From: Paragordius varius
Lineage: Eukaryota; Animalia; Nematomorpha
Assembly: GCA_964247055.1 (NCBI GenBank)
Contig: OZ176052.1
Location: forward strand, 13,888,001 to 13,952,000
Reading direction: 5' to 3'
DNA length: 64,000 bases
The notes under the pieces: model-generated
The model's database searches: none
The model's input: the letters and a program-made list of their open reading frames with translations, nothing else
Told to the model about the DNA's origin: nothing
Made by a program: the position numbers and the translations under genes
Shown: in pieces, positions 40,545 to 54,523 of the stretch
How positions within the stretch are numbered: the first letter of the stretch is position 1
Layout of the letters: every line of letters begins with the position of its first letter

Positions 40545-43500
40545 TACTCCGATCTCGAAAATATTTGGGGTGATGATGGAACTACCATAGGGCTACCCAA
40601 AAAAAATTATAGTGACATCACCTGATCAAATTTGGATTTTAGGTAGCCATTTTTATCTTAAAATCGTATAAAATATATTTTTTAAATATTTAAAAAATTC
40701 ATAAAAATTACATATATAGTCCGATCCCCAAAATATTTGGGGTGATGATGGAACTACCATAGGGCTACCCAAAAAAAATTATAGTGACATCACCTGATCA
40801 AATTTGGATTTTAGGTAGCCATTTTTATTTTTAAAATCATATAAAATAAATTTTTTAAATATTTAAAAAATTCATAAAAATTACATTTATAGTCCGATCT
40901 CGACAATATTTGGGGTGATGATGGAACTACCATAGGGCTACCCAAAAAAAATTATAGTGACATCACCTGATCAAATTTGGATTTTAGGTAGCCATAATTA
41001 TCTAAAACTCGTATAAAATAATTTTTTTAAATATATAAAAAATTCATAAAAATTACATTTATAGTCCGATCCCCAAAATATTTGAGGTGATGATGGAACA
41101 ACCATAGGGCTACGCAAAAAAAATTATTGCGACATCACCTGATCAAATTTGGATTTTAGGTCGCCATTTTTATTTTTAAAATCGTATAAAATAAATTTTT
41201 TAAATATTTAAAAAATTCAAAAAAATTACATTTATATACCGATCTCGAAAATATTTGGGGTGATAATGGAACTACCATAGGGCTACCCAAAAAAAATTAT
41301 GGCGACATCACCTGATCAAATTTGGATTTTAGGTAGCCATTTTTATTTTTAAAAGCGTATAAAATAAATTTTTTAAATATTTAAAAAATTCATAAAAATT
41401 ACATTTATACTCCGATCTCGAAAATATTTGGGGTGATGATGGAACTACCATAGGGCTACCCAAAAAAAATTATGGTGACATCACCTGATCAAATTTGGAT
41501 TTTAGGTAGCCATTTTTATTTTTAAAATCGTATAAAATAAATTTTTTAAATATTTAAAAAATTCATAAAAATTACATTTATAGTCCGATCCCCAAAATAT
41601 TTGAGGTGATGATGGAACAACCATAGGGCTACGCAAAAAAAATTATGGCGACATCACCTGATCAAATTTGGATTTTAGGTAGCCATTTTTATTTTTAAAA
41701 TCGTATAAAATAAATTTTTTAAATATTTAAATTCATAAAAATTACATTTATAGTCCGATCCCCAAAATATTTGGGGTGATGATGGAATTACCATAGGGCT
41801 ACCCAAAAAAAATTATGGTGACATCACCTGATCAAATTTGGATTTTAGGTAGCCATTTTTATTTTTAAAATCGTATAAAATAAATTTTTTAAATATTTAA
41901 AAAATTCATAAAAATTACATTTATACTCCGATCTCGAAAATATTTGGGGTGATGATGGAACTACCATAGGGCTACCCAAAAAAAATTATAGTGATATCAC
42001 CTGATCAAATTTGGATTTTAGGTAACCATTTTTATTTTTAATATCGTATAAAATAAATTTTTTAAATATTTAAAAAATTCATAAAAATCACATTTATACT
42101 CCGATCTCGAAAATATTTGGGGTGATGATGGAACTACCATAGGGCTACGCAAAAAAAATTATGGTGACATCACCTGATCAAATTTGGATTTTAGGTAGCC
42201 ATTTTTATTTTTAAAATCGTATAAAATAAATTTTTTAAATATTTAAAAAATTCATAAAAATTACATTTATACTCCGATCTCGAAAATATTTGGGGTGATG
42301 ATGGAACTACCATAGGGCTACCCAAAAAAAATTATGGTGACATCACCTGATCAAATTTGGATTTTAGGTAGCCATTTTTATTTTTAAAATCGTATAAAAT
42401 AAATTTAATATTTAAAAAATTCATAAAAGTTACATTTATTCTCCGATCTCGAAAATATTTGGGGTGATGATGGAACTACCATAGGGCTACGCAAAAAAAA
42501 TTATGGCGACATCACCTGATCAAATTTGGATTTTAGGTAGCCATTTTTATTTTTAAAATCGTATAAAATAAATTTTTTAAATATTTAAATTCATAAAAAT
42601 TACATTTATACTCCGATCTCGAAAATATTTGGGGTGATGATGGAACTACCATAGGGCTACCCAAAAAAAATTATAGTGACATCACCTGATCAAATTTGGA
42701 TTTTAGGTAGCCATTTTTATCTTAAAATCGTATAAAATATATTTTTTAAATATTTAAAAAATTCATAAAAATTACATATATAGTCCGATCCCCAAAATAT
42801 TTGGGGTGATGATGGAACTACCATAGGGCTACCCAAAAAAAATTATAGTGACATCACCTGATCAAATTTGGATTTTAGGTAGCCATTTTTATTTTTAAAA
42901 TCATATAAAATAAATTTTTTAAATATTTAAAAAATTCATAAAAATTACATTTATAGTCCGATCTCGACAATATTTGGGGTGATGATGGAACTACCATAGG
43001 GCTACCCAAAAAAAATTATAGTGACATCACCTGATCAAATTTGGATTTTAGGTAGCCATAATTATCTAAAACTCGTATAAAATAATTTTTTTAAATATAT
43101 AAAAAATTCATAAAAATTACATTTATAGTCCGATCCCCAAAATATTTGAGGTGATGATGGAACAACCATAGGGCTACGCAAAAAAAATTATTGCGACATC
43201 ACCTGATCAAATTTGGATTTTAGGTCGCCATTTTTATTTTTAAAATCGTATAAAATAAATTTTTTAAATATTTAAAAAATTCAAAAAAATTACATTTATA
43301 TACCGATCTCGAAAATATTTGGGGTGATAATGGAACTACCATAGGGCTACCCAAAAAAAATTATGGCGACATCACCTGATCAAATTTGGATTTTAGGTAG
43401 CCATTTTTATTTTTAAAAGCGTATAAAATAAATTTTTTAAATATTTAAAAAATTCATAAAAATTACATTTATACTCCGATCTCGAAAATATTTGGGGTGA

Positions 43501-44520
43501 TGATGGAACTACCATAGGGCTACCCAAAAAAAATTATGGTGACATCACCTGATCAAATTTGGATTTTAGGTAGCCATTTTTATTTTTAAAATCGTATAAA
43601 ATAAATTTTTTAAATATTTAAAAAATTCATAAAAATTACATTTATAGTCCGATCCCCAAAATATTTGAGGTGATGATGGAACAACCATAGGGCTACGCAA
43701 AAAAAATTATGGCGACATCACCTGATCAAATTTGGATTTTAGGTAGCCATTTTTATTTTTAAAATCGTATAAAATAAATTTTTTAAATATTTAAATTCAT
43801 AAAAATTACATTTATAGTCCGATCCCCAAAATATTTGGGGTGATGATGGAATTACCATAGGGCTACCCAAAAAAAATTATGGTGACATCACCTGATCAAA
43901 TTTGGATTTTAGGTAGCCATTTTTATTTTTAAAATCGTATAAAATAAATTTTTTAAATATTTAAAAAATTCATAAAAATTACATTTATACTCCGATCTCG
44001 AAAATATTTGGGGTGATGATGGAACTACCATAGGGCTACCCAAAAAAAATTATAGTGATATCACCTGATCAAATTTGGATTTTAGGTAACCATTTTTATT
44101 TTTAATATCGTATAAAATAAATTTTTTAAATATTTAAAAAATTCATAAAAATCACATTTATACTCCGATCTCGAAAATATTTGGGGTGATGATGGAACTA
44201 CCATAGGGCTACGCAAAAAAAATTATGGTGACATCACCTGATCAAATTTGGATTTTAGGTAGCCATTTTTATTTTTAAAATCGTATAAAATAAATTTTTT
44301 AAATATTTAAAAAATTCATAAAAATTACATTTATACTCCGATCTCGAAAATATTTGGGGTGATGATGGAACTACCATAGGGCTACCCAAAAAAAATTATG
44401 GTGACATCACCTGATCAAATTTGGATTTTAGGTAGCCATTTTTATTTTTAAAATCGTATAAAATAAATTTAATATTTAAAAAATTCATAAAAGTTACATT
44501 TATTCTCCGATCTCGAAAAT
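40545..44520 (+). repeat. 12-monomer HOR, two near-identical copies (period 2064 bp)
   Basis: CATATATAGT at 40711/42775; GGTCGCC at 41161/43225; AAAAGCGTAT at 41355/43419; AAATTTAATATTT at 42401/44465. Confidence 0.94.
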
Positions 44521-46742
44521 ATTTGGGGTGATGATGGAACTACCATAGGGCTACCCAAAAAAAATTATAATGACATCACCTGATCAAATTTGGATTTTAG
44601 GTAGCCATTTTTATTTTTAAAATCGTATAAAATAAATTTTTTAAATATTTAAAAAATTCATAAAAATTACATTTATAGTCCGATCTCGACAATATTTGGG
44701 GTGATGATGGAACTACCATAGGGCTACCCAAAAAAAATTATAGTGACATCACCTGATCAAATTTGGATTTTAGGTAGCCATTTTTATTTTTAAAATCGTA
44801 TAAAATAAATTTTTTAAATATTTAAAAAATTCATAAAAATTACATTTATAGTCCGATCCCCAAAATATTTGGGGTGATGATGGAACTACCATAGGGCTAC
44901 CCAAAAAAAAATTATGGTGACATCACCTGATCAAATTTGGATTTTAGGTAATTTTTATTTTTAAAATCGTATAAAATAAATTTTTTAATTATTTAAAAAA
45001 TTCATAAAAATTACATTTATACTCCGATCTCGAAAATATTTGGGGTGATGATGGAACTACCATAGGGCTACGCAAAAAAAATTATGGTGACATCACCTGA
45101 TCAAATTTGGATTTTAGGTAGCCATTTTTATTTTTAAAATCGTATAAAATAAATTTTTTAAATATTTAAAAAATTCATAAAAATTACATTTATACTCCGA
45201 TCTCGAAAATATTTGGGGTGATGATGGAACTACCATAGGGCTACCCAAAAAAAATTATGGTGACATCACCTGATCAAATTTGGATTTTAGGTAGCCATTT
45301 TTATTTTTAAAATCGTATAAAATAAATTTTTTAAATATTTAAAAAATTCATAAAAGTTACATTTATAGTCCGATCCCCAAAATATTTGGGGTGATGATGG
45401 AACTATCATAGGGCTACCCAAAAAAAATTATAGTGACATCACCTGATCAAATTTGGATTTTAGGTAGCCATTTTTATTTTTAAAATCGTATAAAATAAAT
45501 TTTTTAAATATTTAAAAAATTTATAAAAATTACATTTATACTCCGATCTCGAAAATATTTGGGGTGATGATGGAACTACCATAGGGCTACCCAAAAAAAA
45601 TTATGGTGACATCACCTGATCAAATTTGGATTTTAGGTAGCCATTTTTATTTTTAAAATCGTATAAAATAAATTTAATATTTAAAAAATTCATAAAAGTT
45701 ACATTTATACTCCGATCTCGAAAATATTTGGGGTGATGATGGAACTACCATAGGGCTACCCAAAAAAAATTATAATGACATCACCTGATCAAATTTGGAT
45801 TTTAGGTAGCCATTTTTATTTTTAAAATCGTATAAAATAAATTTTTTAAATATTTAAAAAATTCATAAAAATTACATTTAGAGTCCGATCTCGACAATAT
45901 TTGGGGTGATGATGGAACTACCATAGGGCTACCCAAAAAAAATTATAGTGACATCACCTGATCAAATTTGGATTTTAGGTAGCCATTTTTATTTTTAAAA
46001 TCGTATAAAATGAATTTTTTAAATATTTAAAAAATTCATAAAAATTACATTTATAGTCCGATCCCCAAAATATTTGGGGTGATGATGGAACTACCATAGG
46101 GCTACCCAAAAAAAATTATGGTGACATCACCTGATCAAATTTGGATTTTAGGTAATTTTTATTTTTAAAATCGTATAAAATAAATTTTTTAATTATTTAA
46201 AAAATTCATAAAAATTACATTTATACTCCGATCTCGAAAATATTTGGGGTGATGATGGAACTACCATAGGGCTACGCAAAAAAAATTATGGTGACATCAC
46301 CTGATCAAATTTGGATTTTAGGTAGCCATTTTTATTTTTAAAATCGTATAAAATAAATTTTTTAAATATTTAAAAAATTCATAAAAATTACATTTATACT
46401 CCGATCTCGAAAATATTTGGGGTGATGATGGAACTACCATAGGGCTACCCAAAAAAAATTATGGTGACATCACCTGATCAAATTTGGATTTTAGGTAGCC
46501 ATTTTTATTTTTAAAATCGTATAAAATAAATTTTTTAAATATTTAAAAAATTCATAAAAGTTACATTTATAGTCCGATCCCCAAAATATTTGGGGTGATG
46601 ATGGAACTATCATAGGGCTACCCAAAAAAAATTATAGTGACATCACCTGATCAAATTTGGATTTTAGGTAGCCATTTTTATTTTTAAAATCGTATAAAAT
46701 AAATTTTTTAAATATTTAAAAAATTCATAAAAATTACATTTA
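44334..46742 (+). repeat. 7-monomer HOR, two copies (period ~1204 bp)
   Basis: GGTAATTTTT at 44951/46155; GGAACTATCATA at 45406/46610; TATAATGACA in both copies. Confidence 0.92.
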
Positions 46743-49700
46743 TACTCCGATCTCGAAAATATTTGGGGTGATGATGGAACTACCATAGGGCTACCCAAAA
46801 AAAATTATGGTGACATCACCTGATCAAATTTGGATTTTATGTAGCCATTTTTATTTTTAAAATCGTATAAAATAAATTTTTTAAATATTTAAAAAATTCA
46901 TAAAAATTACATTTATACTCCGATCTCGAAAATATTTGGGGTGATGATGGAACTACCATAGGGCTACGCAAAAAAAATTATGGTGACATCACCTGATCAA
47001 ATTTGGATTTTAGGTAGCCATTTTTATTTTTAAAATCGTATAAAATAAATTTTTTAAGTATTTAAAAAATTAAAAAAAATTACATTTATACTCCGATCTC
47101 GACAATATTTGGGGTGATGATGGAACTACCATAGGGCTACCCAAAAAAAATTATGGTGACATCACCTGATCAAATTTGGATTCTAGGTAGCCATTTTTAT
47201 TTTTAAAATCGTATAAAATAAATTTTTTAAATATTTAAAAAATTCATAAAAATTACATTTATACTCCGATCTCGAAAATATTTTAGGTGATGATGGAACT
47301 ACCATAGGGCTACCCAAAAAAAATTATGGTGGCATCACCTGATCAAATTTGGATTTTAGGTAGCCATTTTTATTTTTAAAATCGTATAAAATAAATTTTT
47401 TAAATATTTAAAAAATTCATAAAAGTTACATTTATAGTCCGATCCCCAAAATATTTGTGGTGATGATGGAACTACCATAGGGCTACCCAAAAAAAATTAT
47501 GGTGACATCACCTGATCAAATTTGGATTTTAGGTAGCCATTTTTATTTTTAAAATCGTATAAAATAAATTTTTTAAATATTTAAAAAATTCAAAAAAATT
47601 ACATTTATACTCCGATCTCTACAATATTTGGGGTGATGATGGAATTACCATAGGGCTACCCAAAAAAAATTATGGTGACATCACCTGATCAAATTTGGAT
47701 TTTAGGTAGCCATTTTTATTTTTAAAATCGTATAAAATAAATTTTTTAAATATTTAAAAAATTCATAAAAATTACATTTATACTCCGATCTCGAAAATAT
47801 TTGGGGTGATGATGGAACTACCATAGGGCTACCCAAAAAAAATTATGGTGACATCACCTGATCAAATTTGGATTTTAGGTAGCCATTTTTATTTTTAAAA
47901 TCGTATAAAATAAATTTTTTAAATATTTAAAAAATTCATAAAATTACATTTATACTCCGATCTCGAAAATATTTGGGGTGATGATGGAACTACCATAGGG
48001 CTACGCAAAAAAAATTATGGTGACATCACCTGATCAAATTTGGATTTTAGGTAGCCATTTTTATTTTTAAAATCGTATAAAATAAATTTTTTAAGTATTT
48101 AAAAAATTCAAAAAAATTACATTTATACTCCGATCTCGAAAATATTTGGGGTGATGATGGAACTACCATAGGGCTACCCAAAAAAAATTATGGTGGCATC
48201 ACCTGATCAAATTTGGATTTTAGGTAGCCATTTTTATTTTTAAAATCGTATAAAATAAATTTTTTAAATATTTAAAAAATTCATAAAAGTTACATTTATA
48301 GTCCGATCCCCAAAATATTTGTGGTGATGATGGAACTACCATAGGGCTACCCAAAAAAAATTATGGTGACATCACCTGATCAAATTTGGATTTTAGGTAG
48401 CCATTTTTATTTTTAAAATCGTATAAAATAAATTTTTTAAATATTTAAAAAATTCAAAAAAATTACATTTATACTCCGATCTCTACAATATTTGGGGTGA
48501 TGATGGAATTACCATAGGGCTACCCAAAAAAAATTATGGTGACATCACCTGATCAAATTTGGATTTTAGGTAGCCATTTTTATTTTTAAAATCGTATAAA
48601 ATAAATTTTTTAAATATTTAAAAAATTCATAAAAATTACATTTATACTCCGATCGCGAAAATATTTGGGGTGATGATGGAACTACCATAGGGCTACCCAA
48701 AAAAAATTATGGTGACATCACCTGATCAAATTTGGATTTTATGTAGCCATTTTTATTTTTAAAATCGTATAAAATAAATTTTTTAAATATTTAAAAAATT
48801 CATAAAAATTACATTTATACTCCGATCTCGAAAATATTTGGGGTGATGATGGAACTACCATAGGGCTACGCAAAAAAAATTATGGTGACATCACCTGATC
48901 AAATTTGGATTTTAGGTAGCCATTTTTATTTTTAAAATCGTATAAAATAAATTTTTTAAGTATTTAAAAAATTCAAAAAAATTACATTTATACTCCGATC
49001 TCGACAATATTTGGGGTGATGATGGAACTACCATAGGGCTACCCAAAAAAAATTATGGTGACATCACCTGATCAAATTTGGATTCTAGGTAGCCATTTTT
49101 ATTTTTAAAATCGTATAAAATAAATTTTTTAAATATTTAAAAAATTCATAAAAATTACATTTATACTCCGATCTCGAAAATATTTGGGGTGATGATGGAA
49201 CTACCATAGGGCTACCCAAAAAAAATTATGGTGGCATCACCTGATCAAATTTGGATTTTAGGTAGCCATTTTTATTTTTAAAATCGTATAAAATAAATTT
49301 TTTAAATATTTAAAAAATTCATAAAAGTTACATTTATAGTCCGATCCCCAAAATATTTGTGGTGATGATGGAACTACCATAGGGCTACCCAAAAAAAATA
49401 ATGGTGACATCACCTGATCAAATTTGGATTTTAGGTAGCCATTTTTATTTTTAAAATCGTATAAAATAAATTTTTTAAATATTTAAAAAATTCAAAAAAA
49501 TTACATTTATACTCCGATCTCGAAAATATTTGGGGTGATGATGGAACTACCATAGGGCTACCCAAAAAAAATTATGGTGACATCACCTGATCAAATTTGG
49601 ATTTTATGTAGCCATTTTTATTTTTAAAATCGTATAAAATAAATTTTTTAAATATTTAAAAAATTCATAAAAATTACATTTATACTCCGATCTCGAAAAT

Positions 49701-52700
49701 ATTTGGGGTGATGATGGAACTACCATAGGGCTACGCAAAAAAAATTATGGTGACATCACCTGATCAAATTTGGATTTTAGGTAGCCATTTTTATTTTTAA
49801 AATCGTATAAAATAAATTTTTTAAGTATTTAAAAAATTCAAAAAAATTACATTTATACTCCGATCTCGACAATATTTGGGGTGATGATGGAACTACCATA
49901 GGGCTACGCAAAAAAAATTTTGGTGACATCACCTGATCAAATTTGGATTTTAGGTAGCCATTTTTATTTTTAAAATCGTATAAAATAAATTTTTTAAATA
50001 TTTAAAAAATTCATAAAAATTACATTTATACTCCGATCTCGAAAATATTTGGGGTGATGATGGAATTACCATAGGGCTACCCAAAAAAAATTATGGTGAC
50101 ATCACCTGATCAAATTTGGATTTTAGGTAGCCATTTTTATTTTTAAAATCGTATAAAATAAATTTTTTAAATATTTAAAAAATTCATAAAAATTACATTT
50201 ATACTCCGATCTCGAAAATATTTGGGGTGATGATGGAACTACCATAGGGCTACCCAAAAAAAATTATGGTGACATCACCTGATCAAATTTGGATTTTATG
50301 TAGCCATTTTTATTTTTAAAATCGTATAAAATAAATTTTTTAAATATTTAAAAAATTCATAAAAATTACATTTATACTCCGATCTCGAAAATATTTGGGG
50401 TGATGATGGAACTACCATAGGGCTACGCAAAAAAAATTATGGTGACATCACCTGATCAAATTTGGATTTTAGGTAGCCATTTTTATTTTTAAAATCGTAT
50501 AAAATAAATTTTTTAAATATTTAAAAAATTCATAAAAGTTACATTTATAGTCCGATCCCCAAAATATTTGTGGTGATGATGGAACTACCATAGGGCTACC
50601 CAAAAAAAATTATGGTGACATCACCTGATCAAATTTGGATTTTAGGTAGCCATTTTTATTTTTAAAATCGTATAAAATAAATTTTTTAAATATTTAAAAA
50701 ATTCAAAAAAATTACATTTATACTCCGATCTCTACAATATTTGGGGTGATGATGGAATTACCATAGGGCTACCCAAAAAAAATTATGGTGACATCACCTG
50801 ATCAAATTTGGATTTTAGGTAGCCATTTTTATTTTTAAAATCGTATAAAATAAATTTTTTAAATATTTAAAAAATTCATAAAAATTACATTTATACTCCG
50901 ATCTCGAAAATATTTGGGGTGATGATGGAACTACCATAGGGCTACCCAAAAAAAATTATGGTGACATCACCTGATCAAATTTGGATTTTATGTAGCCATT
51001 TTTATTTTTAAAATCGTATAAAATAAATTTTTTAAATATTTAAAAAATTCATAAAAATTACATTTATACTCCGATCTCGAAAATATTTGGGGTGATGATG
51101 GAACTACCATAGGGCTACGCAAAAAAAATTATGGTGACATCACCTGATCAAATTTGGATTTTAGGTAGCCATTTTTATTTTTAAAATCGTATAAAATAAA
51201 TTTTTTAAGTATTTAAAAAATTCAAAAAAATTACATTTATACTCCGATCTCGACAATATTTGGGGTGATGATGGAACTACCATAGGGCTACCCAAAAAAA
51301 ATTATGGTGACATCACCTGATCAAATTTGGATTCTAGGTAGCCATTTTTATTTTTAAAATCGTATAAAATAAATTTTTTAAATATTTGAAAAAATTCATA
51401 AAAATTACATTTATACTCCGATCTCGAAAATATTTGGGGTGATGATGGAACTACCATAGGGCTACCCAAAAAAAATTATGGTGGCATCACCTGATCAAAT
51501 TTGGATTTTAGGTAGCCATTTTTATTTTTAAAATCGTATAAAATAAATTTTTTAAATATTTAAAAAATTCATAAAAGTTACATTTATAGTCCGATCCCCA
51601 AAATATTTGTGGTGATGATGGAACTACCATAGGGCTACCCAAAAAAAATAATGGTGACATCACCTGATCAAATTTGGATTTTAGGTAGCCATTTTTATTT
51701 TTAAAATCGTATAAAATAAATTTTTTAAATATTTAAAAAATTCAAAAAAATTACATTTATACTCCGATCTCGAAAATATTTGGGGTGATGATGGAACTAC
51801 CATAGGGCTACCCAAAAAAAATTATGGTGACATCACCTGATCAAATTTGGATTTTATGTAGCCATTTTTATTTTTAAAATCGTATAAAATAAATTTTTTA
51901 AATATTTAAAAAATTCATAAAAATTACATTTATACTCCGATCTCGAAAATATTTGGGGTGATGATGGAACTACCATAGGGCTACGCAAAAAAAATTATGG
52001 TGACATCACCTGATCAAATTTGGATTTTAGGTAGCCATTTTTATTTTTAAAATCGTATAAAATAAATTTTTTAAGTATTTAAAAAATTCAAAAAAATTAC
52101 ATTTATACTCCGATCTCGACAATATTTGGGGTGATGATGGAACTACCATAGGGCTACGCAAAAAAAATTTTGGTGACATCACCTGATCAAATTTGGATTT
52201 TAGGTAGCCATTTTTATTTTTAAAATCGTATAAAATAAATTTTTTAAATATTTAAAAAATTCATAAAAATTACATTTATACTCCGATCTCGAAAATATTT
52301 GGGGTGATGATGGAATTACCATAGGGCTACCCAAAAAAAATTATGGTGACATCACCTGATCAAATTTGGATTTTAGGTAGCCATTTTTATTTTTAAAATC
52401 GTATAAAATAAATTTTTTAAATATTTAAAAAATTCATAAAAATTACATTTATACTCCGATCTCGAAAATATTTGGGGTGATGATGGAACTACCATAGGGC
52501 TACCCAAAAAAAATTATGGTGACATCACCTGATCAAATTTGGATTTTATGTAGCCATTTTTATTTTTAAAATCGTATAAAATAAATTTTTTAAATATTTA
52601 AAAAATTCATAAAAATTACATTTATACTCCGATCTCGAAAATATTTGGGGTGATGATGGAACTACCATAGGGCTACGCAAAAAAAATTATGGTGACATCA

Positions 52701-52969
52701 CCTGATCAAATTTGGATTTTAGGTAGCCATTTTTATTTTTAAAATCGTATAAAATAAATTTTTTAAGTATTTAAAAAATTCAAAAAAATTACATTTATAC
52801 TCCGATCTCGACAATATTTGGGGTGATGATGGAACTACCATAGGGCTACCCAAAAAAAATTATGGTGACATCACCTGATCAAATTTGGATTCTAGGTAGC
52901 CATTTTTATTTTTAAAATCGTATAAAATAAATTTTTTAAATATTTAAAAAATTCATAAAAATTACATTT
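46743..52969 (+). repeat. Domain built from a 6-monomer unit and its deletion derivatives, including a 13-monomer duplication (48299-52797, period 2249-2250 bp)
   Basis: Region-specific markers TTTTATGTAG, TTTTAAGTATTT, TTCTAGG, GGTGGCATC, CTCTACAA; AAAATAATGG at 49399/51649; TACGC..AAATTTTGGTG at 49911/52161. Confidence 0.9.
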
Positions 52970-54523
52970 ATACTCCGATCTCGACAATATTTGGGTGATG
53001 ATGGAACAACCATAGGGCTACCCAAAAAAAATTATAGTGATATCACCTGATCAAATTTGGATTTTAGGTAGCCATTTTTATTTTTAAAATCGTATAAAAT
53101 AAATTTTTTAAATATTTAAAAAATTCATAAAAATTACATTTATAGTCCGATCCCCAAAATATTTGGGGTGATGATGGAACAACCATAGGGCTACGCAAAA
53201 AAAATTTTGGTGACATCACCTGATCAAATTTGGATTTTAGGTAGCCATTTTTATTTTTAAAATCGTATAAAATAAATTTTTTAAATATTTAAAAAATTCA
53301 TAAAAATTACATTTATAGTCCGATCCCCAAAATATTTGGGGTGATGATGGAACTACCATAGGGCTACCCAAAAAAAATTATGGTGACATCACCTGATCAA
53401 ATTTGGATTTTAGGTAGCCATTTTTATTTTTAAAATCGTATAAAATAAATTTTTTAAATATTTAAAAAATTCATAAAAATTACATTTATACTCCGATCTC
53501 GAAAATATTTGGGGTGATGATGGAACTACCATAGGGCTACGCAAAAAAAATTATGGTGACATCACCTGATCAAATTTGGATTTTAGGTAGCCATTTTTAT
53601 TTTTAAAATCGTATAAAATAAATTTTTTAAATATTTAAAAAATTCATATAAATTACATTTATACTCCGATCTCGAAAATATTTGGGGTGATGATGGAACT
53701 ACCATAGGGCTACCCAAAAAAAATTATGGTGACATCACCTGATCAAATTTGGATTTTAGGTAGCCATTTTTATTTTTAAAATCGTATAAAATAAATTTTT
53801 TAAATATTTAAAAAATTCAAAAAAATACATTTATACTCCGATCTCGAAAATATTTGGGGTGATGATGGAACTACCATAGGGCTACCCAAAAAAAATTATA
53901 GTGACATCACCTGATCAAATTTGGATTTTAGGTAGCCATTTTTATCTTAAAATCGTATAAAATAAATTTTTTAAATATTTAAAAAATTCATAAAAATTAC
54001 ATTTATAGTCCGATCCCCAAAATAATTGGGGTGATGATGGAACTACCATAGGGCTACCCACAAAAATTATGGTGACATCACCTGATCAAATTTGGATTTA
54101 AGGTAGCCATTTTTATTTTTAAAATCGTATAAAATAAATTTTTTAAATATTTAAAAAATTCATAAAAATTACATTTATACTCCGATCTCGAAAATATTTG
54201 GGGTGATGATGGAACTACCATAGGGCTACCCAAAAAAAATTATGGTGACATCACCTGATCAAATTTGGATTTTAGGTAGCCATTTTTATTTTTAAAATCG
54301 TATAAAATAAATTTTTTAAATATTTAAAAAATTCATAAAAATTACATTTATAGTCCGATCCCCAAAATATTTGGGGTGATGATGGAACTACCATAGGGCT
54401 ACCCAAAAAAAATTATGGTGACATCACCTGATCAAATTTGGATTTTAGGTAGCCATTTTTATTTTTAAAATCGTATAAAATAAATTTTTTAAATATTTAA
54501 AAAATTCATAAAAATTACATTTA

